Below, in pieces: positions 38,848 through 47,620 of a stretch of DNA of 64,000 bases (position 1 is the first letter of the stretch; every line of letters starts with the position of its first letter). The notes beneath the pieces are model-generated. The model searched no databases. It worked only from the letters and a program-made list of their open reading frames with translations, and was not told the origin of the DNA. Position numbers and translations under genes: made by a program. Source of the stretch: Thermoplasmata archaeon (lineage in GTDB: Archaea; Thermoplasmatota; Thermoplasmata; Thermoplasmatales; ARK-15); contig JBMFTB010000001.1 in assembly GCA_049967255.1 (NCBI GenBank), positions 17,017-81,016 of the forward strand, given 5' to 3'.

Positions 38848-39129
38848 ATGTTTGGACAAGGTTGGTATGGTGGTAGAGGAAGAGGATGGGGAGCTACACT
38901 TGGATATTGCCCTTGGACGGGCATGCCTAGAGGATGGAGATGGGGGTATGGATATTACCAAGGTACACAGTACAATCCTTACCAGACATACTATAATCCA
39001 GGCCAGTATTATCAGATTACACAGCCATTCAATACCCAAGATGAAAAAACGGCCCTTGAGAATGAATTAAGATACCTCCAAGAAAGAATGGATGAAATAA
39101 GAAAAAGACTGGATGAATTGAAAAAGTAA
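38848..39129 (+). CDS. small Gly/Trp/Tyr/Arg-rich protein with a C-terminal coiled coil (DUF5320-like)
   Basis: 'MFGQGWYGGRGRGWGATLGYCPWTGMPRGWRWGYGYYQG..' followed by 'EKTALENELRYLQERMDEIRKRLDELKK'. SD-like 'aaggtga' lies upstream. Three competing frames overlap this locus, and this one has the coherent architecture. Confidence 0.6.
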   Translation: MFGQGWYGGRGRGWGATLGYCPWTGMPRGWRWGYGYYQGTQYNPYQTYYNPGQYYQITQPFNTQDEKTALENELRYLQERMDEIRKRLDELKK

Positions 39130-39187
39130 ACTATTTTTACCATAAATTTATTTATTTTTTTGTATTGTCCTGATTGGTGATTATTAA

Positions 39188-39619
39188 ATGAGATTATGCA
39201 TAGCCACATCTGGACCAGGTGGCTTAAAAGATTATGTAAGCCCAAATTTTGGAAGATGCCCAACATTTACAATAGTTGATCTTGAAGGGGATATTGTAAA
39301 AAATGTTGAGGTAATTCAGAACCCGGGTGCTTATGCTGGAAGCGGTGCAGGTATTCAGGCAGCACAGGCTGTTGTAAATTCCGGATGCAATGTTTTGATC
39401 GCAGGTGCGATTGGGCCCAATTCATTTCAAGTTTTATCAATGGGTAGAATAGATATGCGTGATTGTCCCTATATGCCCGTCGAAGATGCAATAAAGGCGT
39501 TTTTATCAGGAAAACTTCAACCATCCACAGGAATGGGATACGGCCCTGGTTATGGTAGAGGTGGTAGGGGCATGGGCGGTGGGAGGGGTATGGGAAGGGG
39601 TGGCGGTGGTCCTTGGTGA
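39188..39619 (+). CDS. NifX/NifB-C ('MTH1175 / orange protein'-like) metallocluster-binding domain protein with an RGG-rich tail
   Basis: 'MRLCIATSGPGGLKDYVSPNFGRCPTFTIVDLEG..NPGAYAGSGAGIQAAQAVVNSGCNVLIAGAIGPNSFQVL'. Tail 'GMGYGPGYGRGGRGMGGGRGMGRGGGGPW'. Confidence 0.8.
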   Translation: MRLCIATSGPGGLKDYVSPNFGRCPTFTIVDLEGDIVKNVEVIQNPGAYAGSGAGIQAAQAVVNSGCNVLIAGAIGPNSFQVLSMGRIDMRDCPYMPVEDAIKAFLSGKLQPSTGMGYGPGYGRGGRGMGGGRGMGRGGGGPW

Positions 39620-39628
39620 TGAGTCAGT

Positions 39629-40483
39629 ATGAAGATTGCCATAACGGGTGGAAAAGGTGGAACAGGTAAAAGCACAGTTGCAATAAATTTAGCGACGCTA
39701 TTATCAAAGAAAATTAAGGTTACGCTTGTAGATGCAGATGTTGAATGCCCCAACGATCATATTTTATTATCAATGAATCTAGAAAATGAAGAAAAAAGCT
39801 GGATTTTTAGGCCAAAATTCAATTATTCAAAATGCACAAAATGCACATTGTGCAGGGAAAATTGTTCTGAAAATGCAATAGTAATGTTCAAGGAGGGTTA
39901 CCCTTTTCTTATGCCCACATTGTGTTCAGGATGCAGAACCTGCCAGCTTGTTTGCCCAGCAAATGCCATAGATGATGATAGAAAAATTATTGGTAGCACG
40001 TATATAACAGAAATAAATGAAAATTTAAAACTGGTAACTGGGATGCTTAAGGAAGGGGAAGAGAGATCCTATCCTCTTGTACTATCCACAAGAAAAAGGG
40101 CTGAATCTGTTGATTCTGAACTAAAGATTTTCGATACCTCAGCTGGCACAGGAAATCATGTTGCTGCAGCATTAGAGGATGCAGCATTTGCAATTGTAGT
40201 TACAGAACCAACCCCTCTTGGAATACATGATCTAAAAATGATAATGAATCTGCTTAGGAAACAGGGTATCAGGGGATACGTAATTATTAACAGGTACGAT
40301 CTTATTGATGAAATGCCTGATCTTGAAGACCTTGAAATAATAGGAAAAATTCCGTTAAGTGATGAAATTGTTAAAAGTTATGTGGAGGGAAAACCAGTTG
40401 TAACAATATACCCTGATAGCCATGCATCGAAAGAATTTGAAAGAATATCCAGGAAAGTGGAGGAGTTACTATGGCAGAAATAG
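39629..40483 (+). CDS. MinD/ParA-superfamily P-loop ATPase with an inserted 2x[4Fe-4S] ferredoxin domain
   Basis: Deviant Walker A 'ITGGKGGTGKST'. Insert 'CTKCTLCRENCSENAI..CSGCRTCQLVCPANAI'. Starts 9 nt after the NifX-like gene. Confidence 0.85.
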   Translation: MKIAITGGKGGTGKSTVAINLATLLSKKIKVTLVDADVECPNDHILLSMNLENEEKSWIFRPKFNYSKCTKCTLCRENCSENAIVMFKEGYPFLMPTLCSGCRTCQLVCPANAIDDDRKIIGSTYITEINENLKLVTGMLKEGEERSYPLVLSTRKRAESVDSELKIFDTSAGTGNHVAAALEDAAFAIVVTEPTPLGIHDLKMIMNLLRKQGIRGYVIINRYDLIDEMPDLEDLEIIGKIPLSDEIVKSYVEGKPVVTIYPDSHASKEFERISRKVEELLWQK

Positions 40484-41352
40484 TAATAGCGAGTGGAAAG
40501 GGTGGTGTGGGTAAAAGTACTGTGTCATCATCATTATCAGTGTTATTATCCCATAAAAATTTAGCAATAGTTGATGCTGATGCTGAAGCACCGAACCTAC
40601 ATTTAATATTTAACGTTGAAAATTGGGAAAAAGAAATTGAATACAGGGAAAAGAGCATAGCAGTAATTGATTATTCTGGATGTGTACAGTGCATGCTTTG
40701 TCAGGATGTATGCACATATGAGGCAATAGAAAAGATTGATAATTTTCCAAAAGTAAAGGATTTCATTTGTGAAGGTTGTGGTGCATGTAAAATAATATGT
40801 CCAAAAAATGTAATATCCATAAAGAAAAACAATCTTTCAGGATGGATTAGGATAGGTAAGACAGTTTACGGCCCTTTCGTTAGCTCTGAACTCGATGTTG
40901 GACAGCCAAATTCAGGAAAGCTTGTTACAGAGGAAAAGAATATTGCAAGGGACTGGATAAAAAATGGTATTGTAAAAAATATAATAGTGGATTCTGCTGC
41001 TGGCATCGGCTGTCAGGTAATTGCATCAATGAGCGGTGCCACACATGCGGTTTTAGTAGCTGAACCTACAAAATCAAGTCTTAGCGATATGGAAAGAGCT
41101 TTTTATCTCGCTGAACATTTCAGGATTAAATCATTCATTGTAATTAATAAGTTTGATCTTAACCCGGATTTCAGGGATATTTTTGAATTTGCAAATAAGA
41201 ATGATTTAGAGATAATTGGAAAAATACCATACGATAAGAATGTAGCCAAATCCATGGTTTATAGAAAACCACTTGTAGAATTTAGTCCAGAATCTCCTGC
41301 AGCCAAGGCCATGGTTGAAATTTCTAAAAATGTAGAAAATTTATTGGATTAG
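40471..41352 (+). CDS. MinD/ParA-superfamily P-loop ATPase with an inserted 2x[4Fe-4S] ferredoxin domain (paralogue)
   Basis: 'IASGKGGVGKST'. Insert 'CVQCMLCQDVCTYEAI..CEGCGACKIICPKNVI'. 13-nt overlap with the preceding paralogue. Confidence 0.85.
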   Translation: MAEIVIASGKGGVGKSTVSSSLSVLLSHKNLAIVDADAEAPNLHLIFNVENWEKEIEYREKSIAVIDYSGCVQCMLCQDVCTYEAIEKIDNFPKVKDFICEGCGACKIICPKNVISIKKNNLSGWIRIGKTVYGPFVSSELDVGQPNSGKLVTEEKNIARDWIKNGIVKNIIVDSAAGIGCQVIASMSGATHAVLVAEPTKSSLSDMERAFYLAEHFRIKSFIVINKFDLNPDFRDIFEFANKNDLEIIGKIPYDKNVAKSMVYRKPLVEFSPESPAAKAMVEISKNVENLLD

Positions 41353-42464
41353 TCCAATTTCTTGATCAGGATCATTGCAATTAAAGGTCCTATGGAAAGA
41401 GAAATAAATGCAAATGCTATGTTCCCTGTAAATGTTATTATATAACCAATAACTACTGGTACTATTATTGAACTCGGTTGTGAAATCATATTTGCAAGAC
41501 CCATTGATGTTGCCTCTTTACCCTTTGTAATCTCAGAAATATAAGTATCCAAGGGTGTTCTATAACCGAATGCAATAAACCCCAATATAAATGTAAAAAT
41601 ATAAATTAATGAAAGAGGTAAAAATGGATAAATTACAAGGAGTAAAAAGAAAAGAAAAAGAAAGATTCCAGATATTTCCTTCCTCTTTTTCATTATATCT
41701 GAAATATAACCTGAAATAGGTATAGAAATAACAGCACCTATTGAAAATATTCCTGAAATTATCCCTGCCTGAATAAGATCAAGATTGAAATGCTCATGAA
41801 CTAGTAAAAACAAATAAGAGGAAACACCCCACATGGCCCAGAAACCGAAGAATCTTACAAATGATGCAATCAATGATTTTCTGTTTATTGCTCCTTTCTT
41901 GCTTTTAAATGATACATGCCTTATAAAGAATACAGGGGATGCGATTAAAAAAGTTAAAAATGAACTGTACACATATACCAATTGCCAATCAAATTTTTCT
42001 AAAAATGATGGAACTATAAAATTGGAAAGTAACAGTGCAAGTGGCCCTACTGTATTTAAAAAGCCAATCGATGTACCTCTGAAAGAGTTGTTTCCCTCTG
42101 AAACGAGTTTTATTGCACCTATATAGGTAGGTGCAGATACTATTCCCATCAAAAGCATCAGGATTATTGCTTCTAAAAAATTCGTTGAATATGAAAAAAG
42201 AAGCATTAAAATTCCAAGAAAAATAAGGGAAATTGCAACTATCCTGTATCCAAATTTGTCCACTAGATAGCCAAAAGGTAAATTCGCAAAAGCATAACCT
42301 AAATAAAAAGAAGAAAGTATAATTGAAGAAATAAAATAATTAATGTGAAAATAATTCGTAATGGGAATTATAGTTATACTGTAAATAAGCCTTACAAGTA
42401 TTTCTGGAAATGTAATAAACCATGCTAGTAAAATGATAACATATTTATTTTCAGATATGTTCAC
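41349..42464 (-). CDS. MFS transporter
   Basis: 371 aa, highly hydrophobic, 'GYLVDKFGYR' motif-A-like loop. GTG start. Confidence 0.75.
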   Translation of the reverse strand: MNISENKYVIILLAWFITFPEILVRLIYSITIIPITNYFHINYFISSIILSSFYLGYAFANLPFGYLVDKFGYRIVAISLIFLGILMLLFSYSTNFLEAIILMLLMGIVSAPTYIGAIKLVSEGNNSFRGTSIGFLNTVGPLALLLSNFIVPSFLEKFDWQLVYVYSSFLTFLIASPVFFIRHVSFKSKKGAINRKSLIASFVRFFGFWAMWGVSSYLFLLVHEHFNLDLIQAGIISGIFSIGAVISIPISGYISDIMKKRKEISGIFLFLFFLLLVIYPFLPLSLIYIFTFILGFIAFGYRTPLDTYISEITKGKEATSMGLANMISQPSSIIVPVVIGYIITFTGNIAFAFISLSIGPLIAMILIKKLD

Positions 42465-42540
42465 ATATTTCTATAAACAATATATAATTATAAATCTTTT
42501 TTAAAGAAAAAAATTTAAACGATTATTGTTATCTTGAACT

Positions 42541-43452
42541 ATGACAGAATATAATAATTTAAAAGTCTGGCTTGATGGTAAAATTATTGATTACAAAGAT
42601 GCAAAAGTACCTATTCTCACTCATTCCCTACAGTATGGCTCGGGTATTTTTGAAGGTATTAGGGCATATGACACTGTAAATGGTCCTGCCATTTTCAGGT
42701 TGGATGATCATATTAATAGATTTTTCAGATCTGCAAAAATATATTACATGAATTTAAAATTCGCATCAGAAGAAATTAAAAATGCAATTATTAGTGTTGT
42801 GAAAGCAAACGATCTAAAAAGCTGTTACATAAGACCATTCGCATTTTACAATGATGATAGCATAGGACTTTCACCATTCAATAAAAAAATAAGTGTTTTT
42901 ATTGCGGCTGTACCATTCAAGGAATATTTGACAGAACTAAATGGTGTTAGGTGCAAAATTTCTTCATGGAAAAGAATAAGTTCTAACATTCTTCCAGTAA
43001 AGGCAAAGGCAAGTGGTAATTATTTGAACTCAATAATTGCGCATCTTGAAGCAAGATATTCTGGATACGATGAAGCAATAATGCTTGCAGAAAATGCAAA
43101 TATAGCGGAAGGACCTGGGGAAAATATTTTTATTGTAAAGAACGGAAAGGTAATATCACCAGGTACAAACTCTGATATACTTGAAGGTATAACAAGGGAC
43201 ACGGTATTAAAAATATCTAAAGACCTTGGTTATGAAGTTTTGGAAAGAGATATGCATAAGGAAGAACTTTACATCAGTGATGAGGTATTCTTTTCGGGTA
43301 CTGCTGCTGAAATAACACCCATTGTAGAAATAGATGGAATAAAAATAGGTGATGGAAAACCTGGCAATATAACACTTTCTATAAAAGAAAGATATATGGA
43401 TATTGTTCACGGAAAATTAAAAGCTTATTATAATTGGCTTACATTCATTTGA
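42541..43452 (+). CDS. ilvE: branched-chain amino acid aminotransferase (class IV)
   Basis: 'HSLQYGSGIFEGIRAY', 'KASGNYLNS', 'EGPGENIFIVKNGKVISP', 'ILEGITRD'. Confidence 0.9.
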   Translation: MTEYNNLKVWLDGKIIDYKDAKVPILTHSLQYGSGIFEGIRAYDTVNGPAIFRLDDHINRFFRSAKIYYMNLKFASEEIKNAIISVVKANDLKSCYIRPFAFYNDDSIGLSPFNKKISVFIAAVPFKEYLTELNGVRCKISSWKRISSNILPVKAKASGNYLNSIIAHLEARYSGYDEAIMLAENANIAEGPGENIFIVKNGKVISPGTNSDILEGITRDTVLKISKDLGYEVLERDMHKEELYISDEVFFSGTAAEITPIVEIDGIKIGDGKPGNITLSIKERYMDIVHGKLKAYYNWLTFI

Positions 43453-43457
43453 TACAT

Positions 43458-44000
43458 ATGAAAGGAATCAGGTTCAGTGACGAAGAAGATTTCAATGAAA
43501 AACACGATACAATAAACATCCTTGTCCTGGAGAATTATGAAAAACTTGTGCGTTATTTTATAAATTCTTTTTCTAATATGAATCTTAAAATGCAGGTGAA
43601 AGATAGTGAAATTGTTGGTGAGCCAAGGATATGCAGGATAGCATTCCCAGATGCAATAATATCAATGCATATTAATGTAAATATAAATGCATTGAATTTG
43701 AGAAGAGAAATAATTCTAAAAGTGGCTGTGGAGATTAAGAGTCATATTAAAAGCTTCGGTGAAACACTCAGACAGTTGCAAATCTATAAAGATTGCATAG
43801 GTTCCTCTAACTATCATGAGATAAAGAGAAAGCTTGGAATAGGTTTAGATTATAAATATTCCAAATTTGTTTATTTAGTTACGCCGGATCATAGGTTTGA
43901 TGAGGCATTTAAAGGTCAGGGTTTTGATGTCCTTGATCCCTCTTTTTTTGGTGATGTTTCAATTGACTCAAATGATCAGAAACAAATTGATAATTTTTGA
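43458..44000 (+). CDS. hypothetical protein with a PD-(D/E)xK nuclease-like motif pattern
   Basis: 'FPDAIISM' (PD) followed 26 aa later by 'VAVEIKSHIKSFGETLRQLQIY' (ExK plus a Q-containing helix). Start set to ATG 43458; the track start is a TTG inside ilvE. Confidence 0.4.
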   Translation: MKGIRFSDEEDFNEKHDTINILVLENYEKLVRYFINSFSNMNLKMQVKDSEIVGEPRICRIAFPDAIISMHINVNINALNLRREIILKVAVEIKSHIKSFGETLRQLQIYKDCIGSSNYHEIKRKLGIGLDYKYSKFVYLVTPDHRFDEAFKGQGFDVLDPSFFGDVSIDSNDQKQIDNF

Positions 44001-44073
44001 ATATGAAATTTTATAAATATTAGCTAAAGAAATAGGAAAACATATTTATAAAAGATTAATTACTTGTTAAGCA

Positions 44074-44994
44074 GTGATAGATCAATACGGTAGATCCGTT
44101 AACAGCATTAGAGTATCCATAACAAAAAAATGCAATTTGAATTGTTTTTACTGCCATAGGGAGGGTATTAAAGGTGAAAAGGATCTTATCACTCCTGAAG
44201 AATTTGAAACATTGTTTAAGGTAGCAAGTTCGCTTGGTATTAAAAAAATAAAATTCACTGGGGGAGAACCCTTAGAAAGAAATGACCTTGAAGAAATAAT
44301 AAAAATTTCGAAGAAGTATTTTCAAGATATAAGCATAACAACGAATGGTACATATTTAAAAGAGAGGGTATGGTCTCTTTATGAGGCAGGTCTTAACAGG
44401 ATTAATATAAGCCTTCACACGCTTAATAGAGAGGTTTACAAAAAAATTACAGGTAAGGATATGTTACAAAAGGTATTGGAGGGAATTGATGAGACCTTAA
44501 AGACTCCACTCAACCCTATAAAAATAAACATGGTTCTTATGAAGGGCTTAAACGATAATCATGTTCAGGAAATGATGGAGTTTGTTAGAAATTCAAAAAT
44601 GGTTCTTCAAATAATTGAACTTGAAGTACCTGTGGAAGGACTTAACACGCCCTGGTATGTAAACTACCATATTCCCTTGGACGATGTTGAAAATTATTTG
44701 AGGAGTTTTAACCCTGAAATAAAGAAGAATCCTCTTCATAACAGGGACAAATTTATTATTCAAAATAACGGCTCAAAATATGAAGTTGAGCTTGTAAAGC
44801 CCATGCACAATACTGAATTTTGTAAAAATTGTACAAGAATTAGGTTCACTTATGATGGAAAGTTAAAACCTTGTATATTCAGGAATGATAATCTTGTTAC
44901 AGTTCTTGATGATTTAAAAAATGATAATGAAGATGGACTCAAGAAAAAATTTGAACTGGCTGTAAAACTCAGGGAACCATACTGGAAGGATTAG
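44074..44994 (+). CDS. moaA: GTP 3',8-cyclase (molybdenum cofactor biosynthesis protein A)
   Basis: 'DQYGRSVNSIRVSITKKCNLNCFYCH' radical-SAM motif, 'FTGGEPL', C-terminal 'CKNCTRIRFTYDGKLKPC'. GTG start. Confidence 0.9.
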   Translation: MIDQYGRSVNSIRVSITKKCNLNCFYCHREGIKGEKDLITPEEFETLFKVASSLGIKKIKFTGGEPLERNDLEEIIKISKKYFQDISITTNGTYLKERVWSLYEAGLNRINISLHTLNREVYKKITGKDMLQKVLEGIDETLKTPLNPIKINMVLMKGLNDNHVQEMMEFVRNSKMVLQIIELEVPVEGLNTPWYVNYHIPLDDVENYLRSFNPEIKKNPLHNRDKFIIQNNGSKYEVELVKPMHNTEFCKNCTRIRFTYDGKLKPCIFRNDNLVTVLDDLKNDNEDGLKKKFELAVKLREPYWKD

Positions 44995-44995
44995 G

Positions 44996-45838
44996 ATGCA
45001 ATATCCTGTATTTGACAATCATGTTCATCTGCAGATGAATGGTGAAAATGTTTTTTCTGCTAAAAGGTTTGAAAGGGCGGGTGGCAAAATACTCAATATA
45101 TGCAATATACCTAAGATGCAGGAACCCAAGGATATTAATTATTTCATTGAACAGTATAATTCCATAATAAGAATAGCAGATATGGTTAAAAAGGAAACAA
45201 ACCTTAAGGTTCTTATTTCAATAGGCCCTTATCCTGTCGATTTAATAAAAGCTATGGAACTTTTAGGAAATGAAAATGCAAAATATCTATTTATGAAAGC
45301 AATAGATATTGCAATAAAATATATTGAAGATGGAAAAGCAAATGCAATCGGCGAAATTGGAAGACCACATTTTCCAGTAAGTAAAGAGATATGGAATACT
45401 TCAAATGAAATTATATTATATGCAATGGAAGAGGTAAAGTCTAAAAAAATTCCCCTAATTCTCCATACTGAATCTGCTGATGAAAGTGTTTTTTCAGACC
45501 TTGCAAAACTCGCAGATAGAGCTAATATTGATAAAAATTTTGTCATAAAACATTTCAGTCCACCATTGGTACTTGAAAAAGAAAACCATGGTATTTTTCC
45601 ATCGGTGATATCCAGCAGGGATAATATTAGAATAGCAATAAAAAAAGGTTTTAGATTTTTTATGGAAACTGATTATCTTGATGACCCAGACAAAAAAGGT
45701 GCTGTAATGGATATTACAACTGTACCAAAAAGGTTTAAAATGCTAGAACAGGAAAATAAGGATTTGCTTGAAAAATATTCATTTGAATTGAAAAACAATC
45801 TTTTCAGGATTTATGGGCTTGAATTGAAAGAGTTCTGA
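44996..45838 (+). CDS. TatD-related metal-dependent hydrolase
   Basis: 'FDNHVHL', 'IGEIGRPHF', 'ILHTES'. Confidence 0.65.
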   Translation: MQYPVFDNHVHLQMNGENVFSAKRFERAGGKILNICNIPKMQEPKDINYFIEQYNSIIRIADMVKKETNLKVLISIGPYPVDLIKAMELLGNENAKYLFMKAIDIAIKYIEDGKANAIGEIGRPHFPVSKEIWNTSNEIILYAMEEVKSKKIPLILHTESADESVFSDLAKLADRANIDKNFVIKHFSPPLVLEKENHGIFPSVISSRDNIRIAIKKGFRFFMETDYLDDPDKKGAVMDITTVPKRFKMLEQENKDLLEKYSFELKNNLFRIYGLELKEF

Positions 45839-46544
45839 TTTTAAGTTTTTTAGCGTAATATGCACAGCCAATGGCACCATTTCCCTGAGGCTCGCTAGGG
45901 ACAATAATATTAACACCAAGTTCTTTTTGTATTATTTCCCTTATTGCAACGTTTTTTGCAACTCCACCAGTGAAAATAAGATTTTCAGTCCTAAACCTCA
46001 TTAAAAATGGCTTCAATCGATCAAATACACTATAATTTACACCTGAAATCAACCTTTCCTTGGGGAATCCTTCCATCATTTTTGAAATAAGTTCAGTTTC
46101 TGCAAATACGGTGCAGGTGGAATTCAATTTCACAGGATCTTCATGGTACAGGGATAGATCATCAATAGAAACATCCAGCACCTGTGACATTTTTTCAAGA
46201 AATCTTCCAGTTCCTGCAGCACATTTGTCATTTGTTAGGAAATCCTGTATAATACCATTTTTAACATAAACAATCTTGTAATCCTGGCCACCTATGTCGA
46301 GGAGGGTGAAATCTTTGAATTCTGTTTGGTAAAGGGCCCCAAGCACATGTGCCCTAATTTCTGGAATAACCTTCTGGGATTTTATTGTAAACCTACCATA
46401 ACCTGTAGATACCGCATCAGAAAAATCATTTTTTCTAGGAGAATATATAAATTTAATTGTTGGCAGTATTTCTTTATCTATTATATCATCTTCCATTGAA
46501 ATAATCTTTGTTGTTGTACTGCCAATATCAACTCCTTTAAACAT
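45804..46544 (-). CDS. BadF/BadG/BcrA/BcrD-type ATPase (CoA-enzyme activase family)
   Basis: 'MFKGVDIGSTTTKII', 'LLDIGGQDYKIV', 'NDKCAAGTGRFLE' (cluster-bridging Cys), 'FTGGVAKN'. Confidence 0.75.
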   Translation of the reverse strand: MFKGVDIGSTTTKIISMEDDIIDKEILPTIKFIYSPRKNDFSDAVSTGYGRFTIKSQKVIPEIRAHVLGALYQTEFKDFTLLDIGGQDYKIVYVKNGIIQDFLTNDKCAAGTGRFLEKMSQVLDVSIDDLSLYHEDPVKLNSTCTVFAETELISKMMEGFPKERLISGVNYSVFDRLKPFLMRFRTENLIFTGGVAKNVAIREIIQKELGVNIIVPSEPQGNGAIGCAYYAKKLKIRTLSIQAHKS

Positions 46545-46627
46545 TAAATATGGGATTAATAAACAATAAATAAGTTTTTCTAAACGTTTTAATTAAATTT
46601 TAATGGTATTTTAAAAAAATAAAAAAA

Positions 46628-47557
46628 TTAATGGAGATAGGATTCTGGTACCTGTTTCAGGTTGTTTTTTATTGCTTCAATGCTTTTCATGAACTTTTCT
46701 TTTTGTTCAGGTGTCAAATCGACCTCAATAATTTTTTCAACACCATTTTTGCCCAGTATTACAGGAACTTCAGCAAAATATCCATTCACTCCATATTCTC
46801 CCTGTAAAAGAACGCTTGCTTCAAGGGCTGTCTTTCTGTCCTTTTTGATTGCATCTACCATTACAAGAAGACCACCTGCAGGACCCCAGTTACTGCTAAA
46901 TTTCCTAAGGTTTGTAATGTCGCCACCAGCACTTATTGTATTTTTAACTACAGTGGCATATTGTTCCTCAGTGAGGAATGACTTCAAACTTTTTCCATAT
47001 ACGAATGAGAGTTCTGGGACTGGATACATATTTTCTCCATGCTGACCTAGTACAAGGGGTGTTATGGCTGATGGTGATACACCTATATATCTTGATGCAT
47101 AAAATGCCATTCTTCTTGAATCAAGGACACCACTAAATCCTATGACCCTATTCCTCGGGAATTTAAGCTTGTTATGCAATACAGCTACCATCACATCAAG
47201 AGGATTTGTTGTTATAATAACGATCGCATCTGGTGCATATTTTTTAACATTTTCAGCTGCTGTTGAAACAATATCTGCATTTTTTGTAGCAAGCTCTTCC
47301 CTAGTCATTCCTGGTTTCCTAGGAAGGCCTGCGGTTATTATCACAATGTCACTGCCCTTAATGTCCTCATAATTGTTTGAACCCTTTAAATATACATCCT
47401 TTCCAAGAATTGAGGCTGTGTGGTTTAAATCTAAGGCTTCACCCTGTGGAAGCCCTTCAACAATATCAACAAGAGTGATATTGTTATCCATTTCACCCAT
47501 CATCAAAAAAGCTGCTGTTGTTGCTCCTACTCTTCCGGAACCTATAACAGATATCAT
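46628..47557 (-). CDS. mdh: malate dehydrogenase ([LDH-like] MDH)
   Basis: 'ISVIGSGRVGATTA', substrate-Arg context 'AGLPRKPGMTREEL', 'TNPLDVM', 'LGQHGENM'. Confidence 0.9.
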   Translation of the reverse strand: MISVIGSGRVGATTAAFLMMGEMDNNITLVDIVEGLPQGEALDLNHTASILGKDVYLKGSNNYEDIKGSDIVIITAGLPRKPGMTREELATKNADIVSTAAENVKKYAPDAIVIITTNPLDVMVAVLHNKLKFPRNRVIGFSGVLDSRRMAFYASRYIGVSPSAITPLVLGQHGENMYPVPELSFVYGKSLKSFLTEEQYATVVKNTISAGGDITNLRKFSSNWGPAGGLLVMVDAIKKDRKTALEASVLLQGEYGVNGYFAEVPVILGKNGVEKIIEVDLTPEQKEKFMKSIEAIKNNLKQVPESYLH

Positions 47558-47620
47558 ATTTTAAGTCATGAGAAAAGCGTATTTAATCATTTCGTATTTT
47601 AATAAAAAAAATTTAATAAT

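Noticed and set aside
38818-39266. Competing ORFs 38818..39039 (-), 38852..39070 (+) and 39012..39266 (-) at the mini-protein locus
   Set aside because: The low-complexity G/W/Y codons keep several frames open. Only 38848..39129 has an SD-like sequence, a coherent coiled-coil C-terminus and the DUF5320-like pattern.
39550-39753. 67-aa proline-rich ORF on the minus strand ('PPPLPIPLPPPMPLPPLP')
   Set aside because: It is the antisense shadow of the GGN/AGG-rich RGG tail of the NifX-like gene, with no start context of its own.
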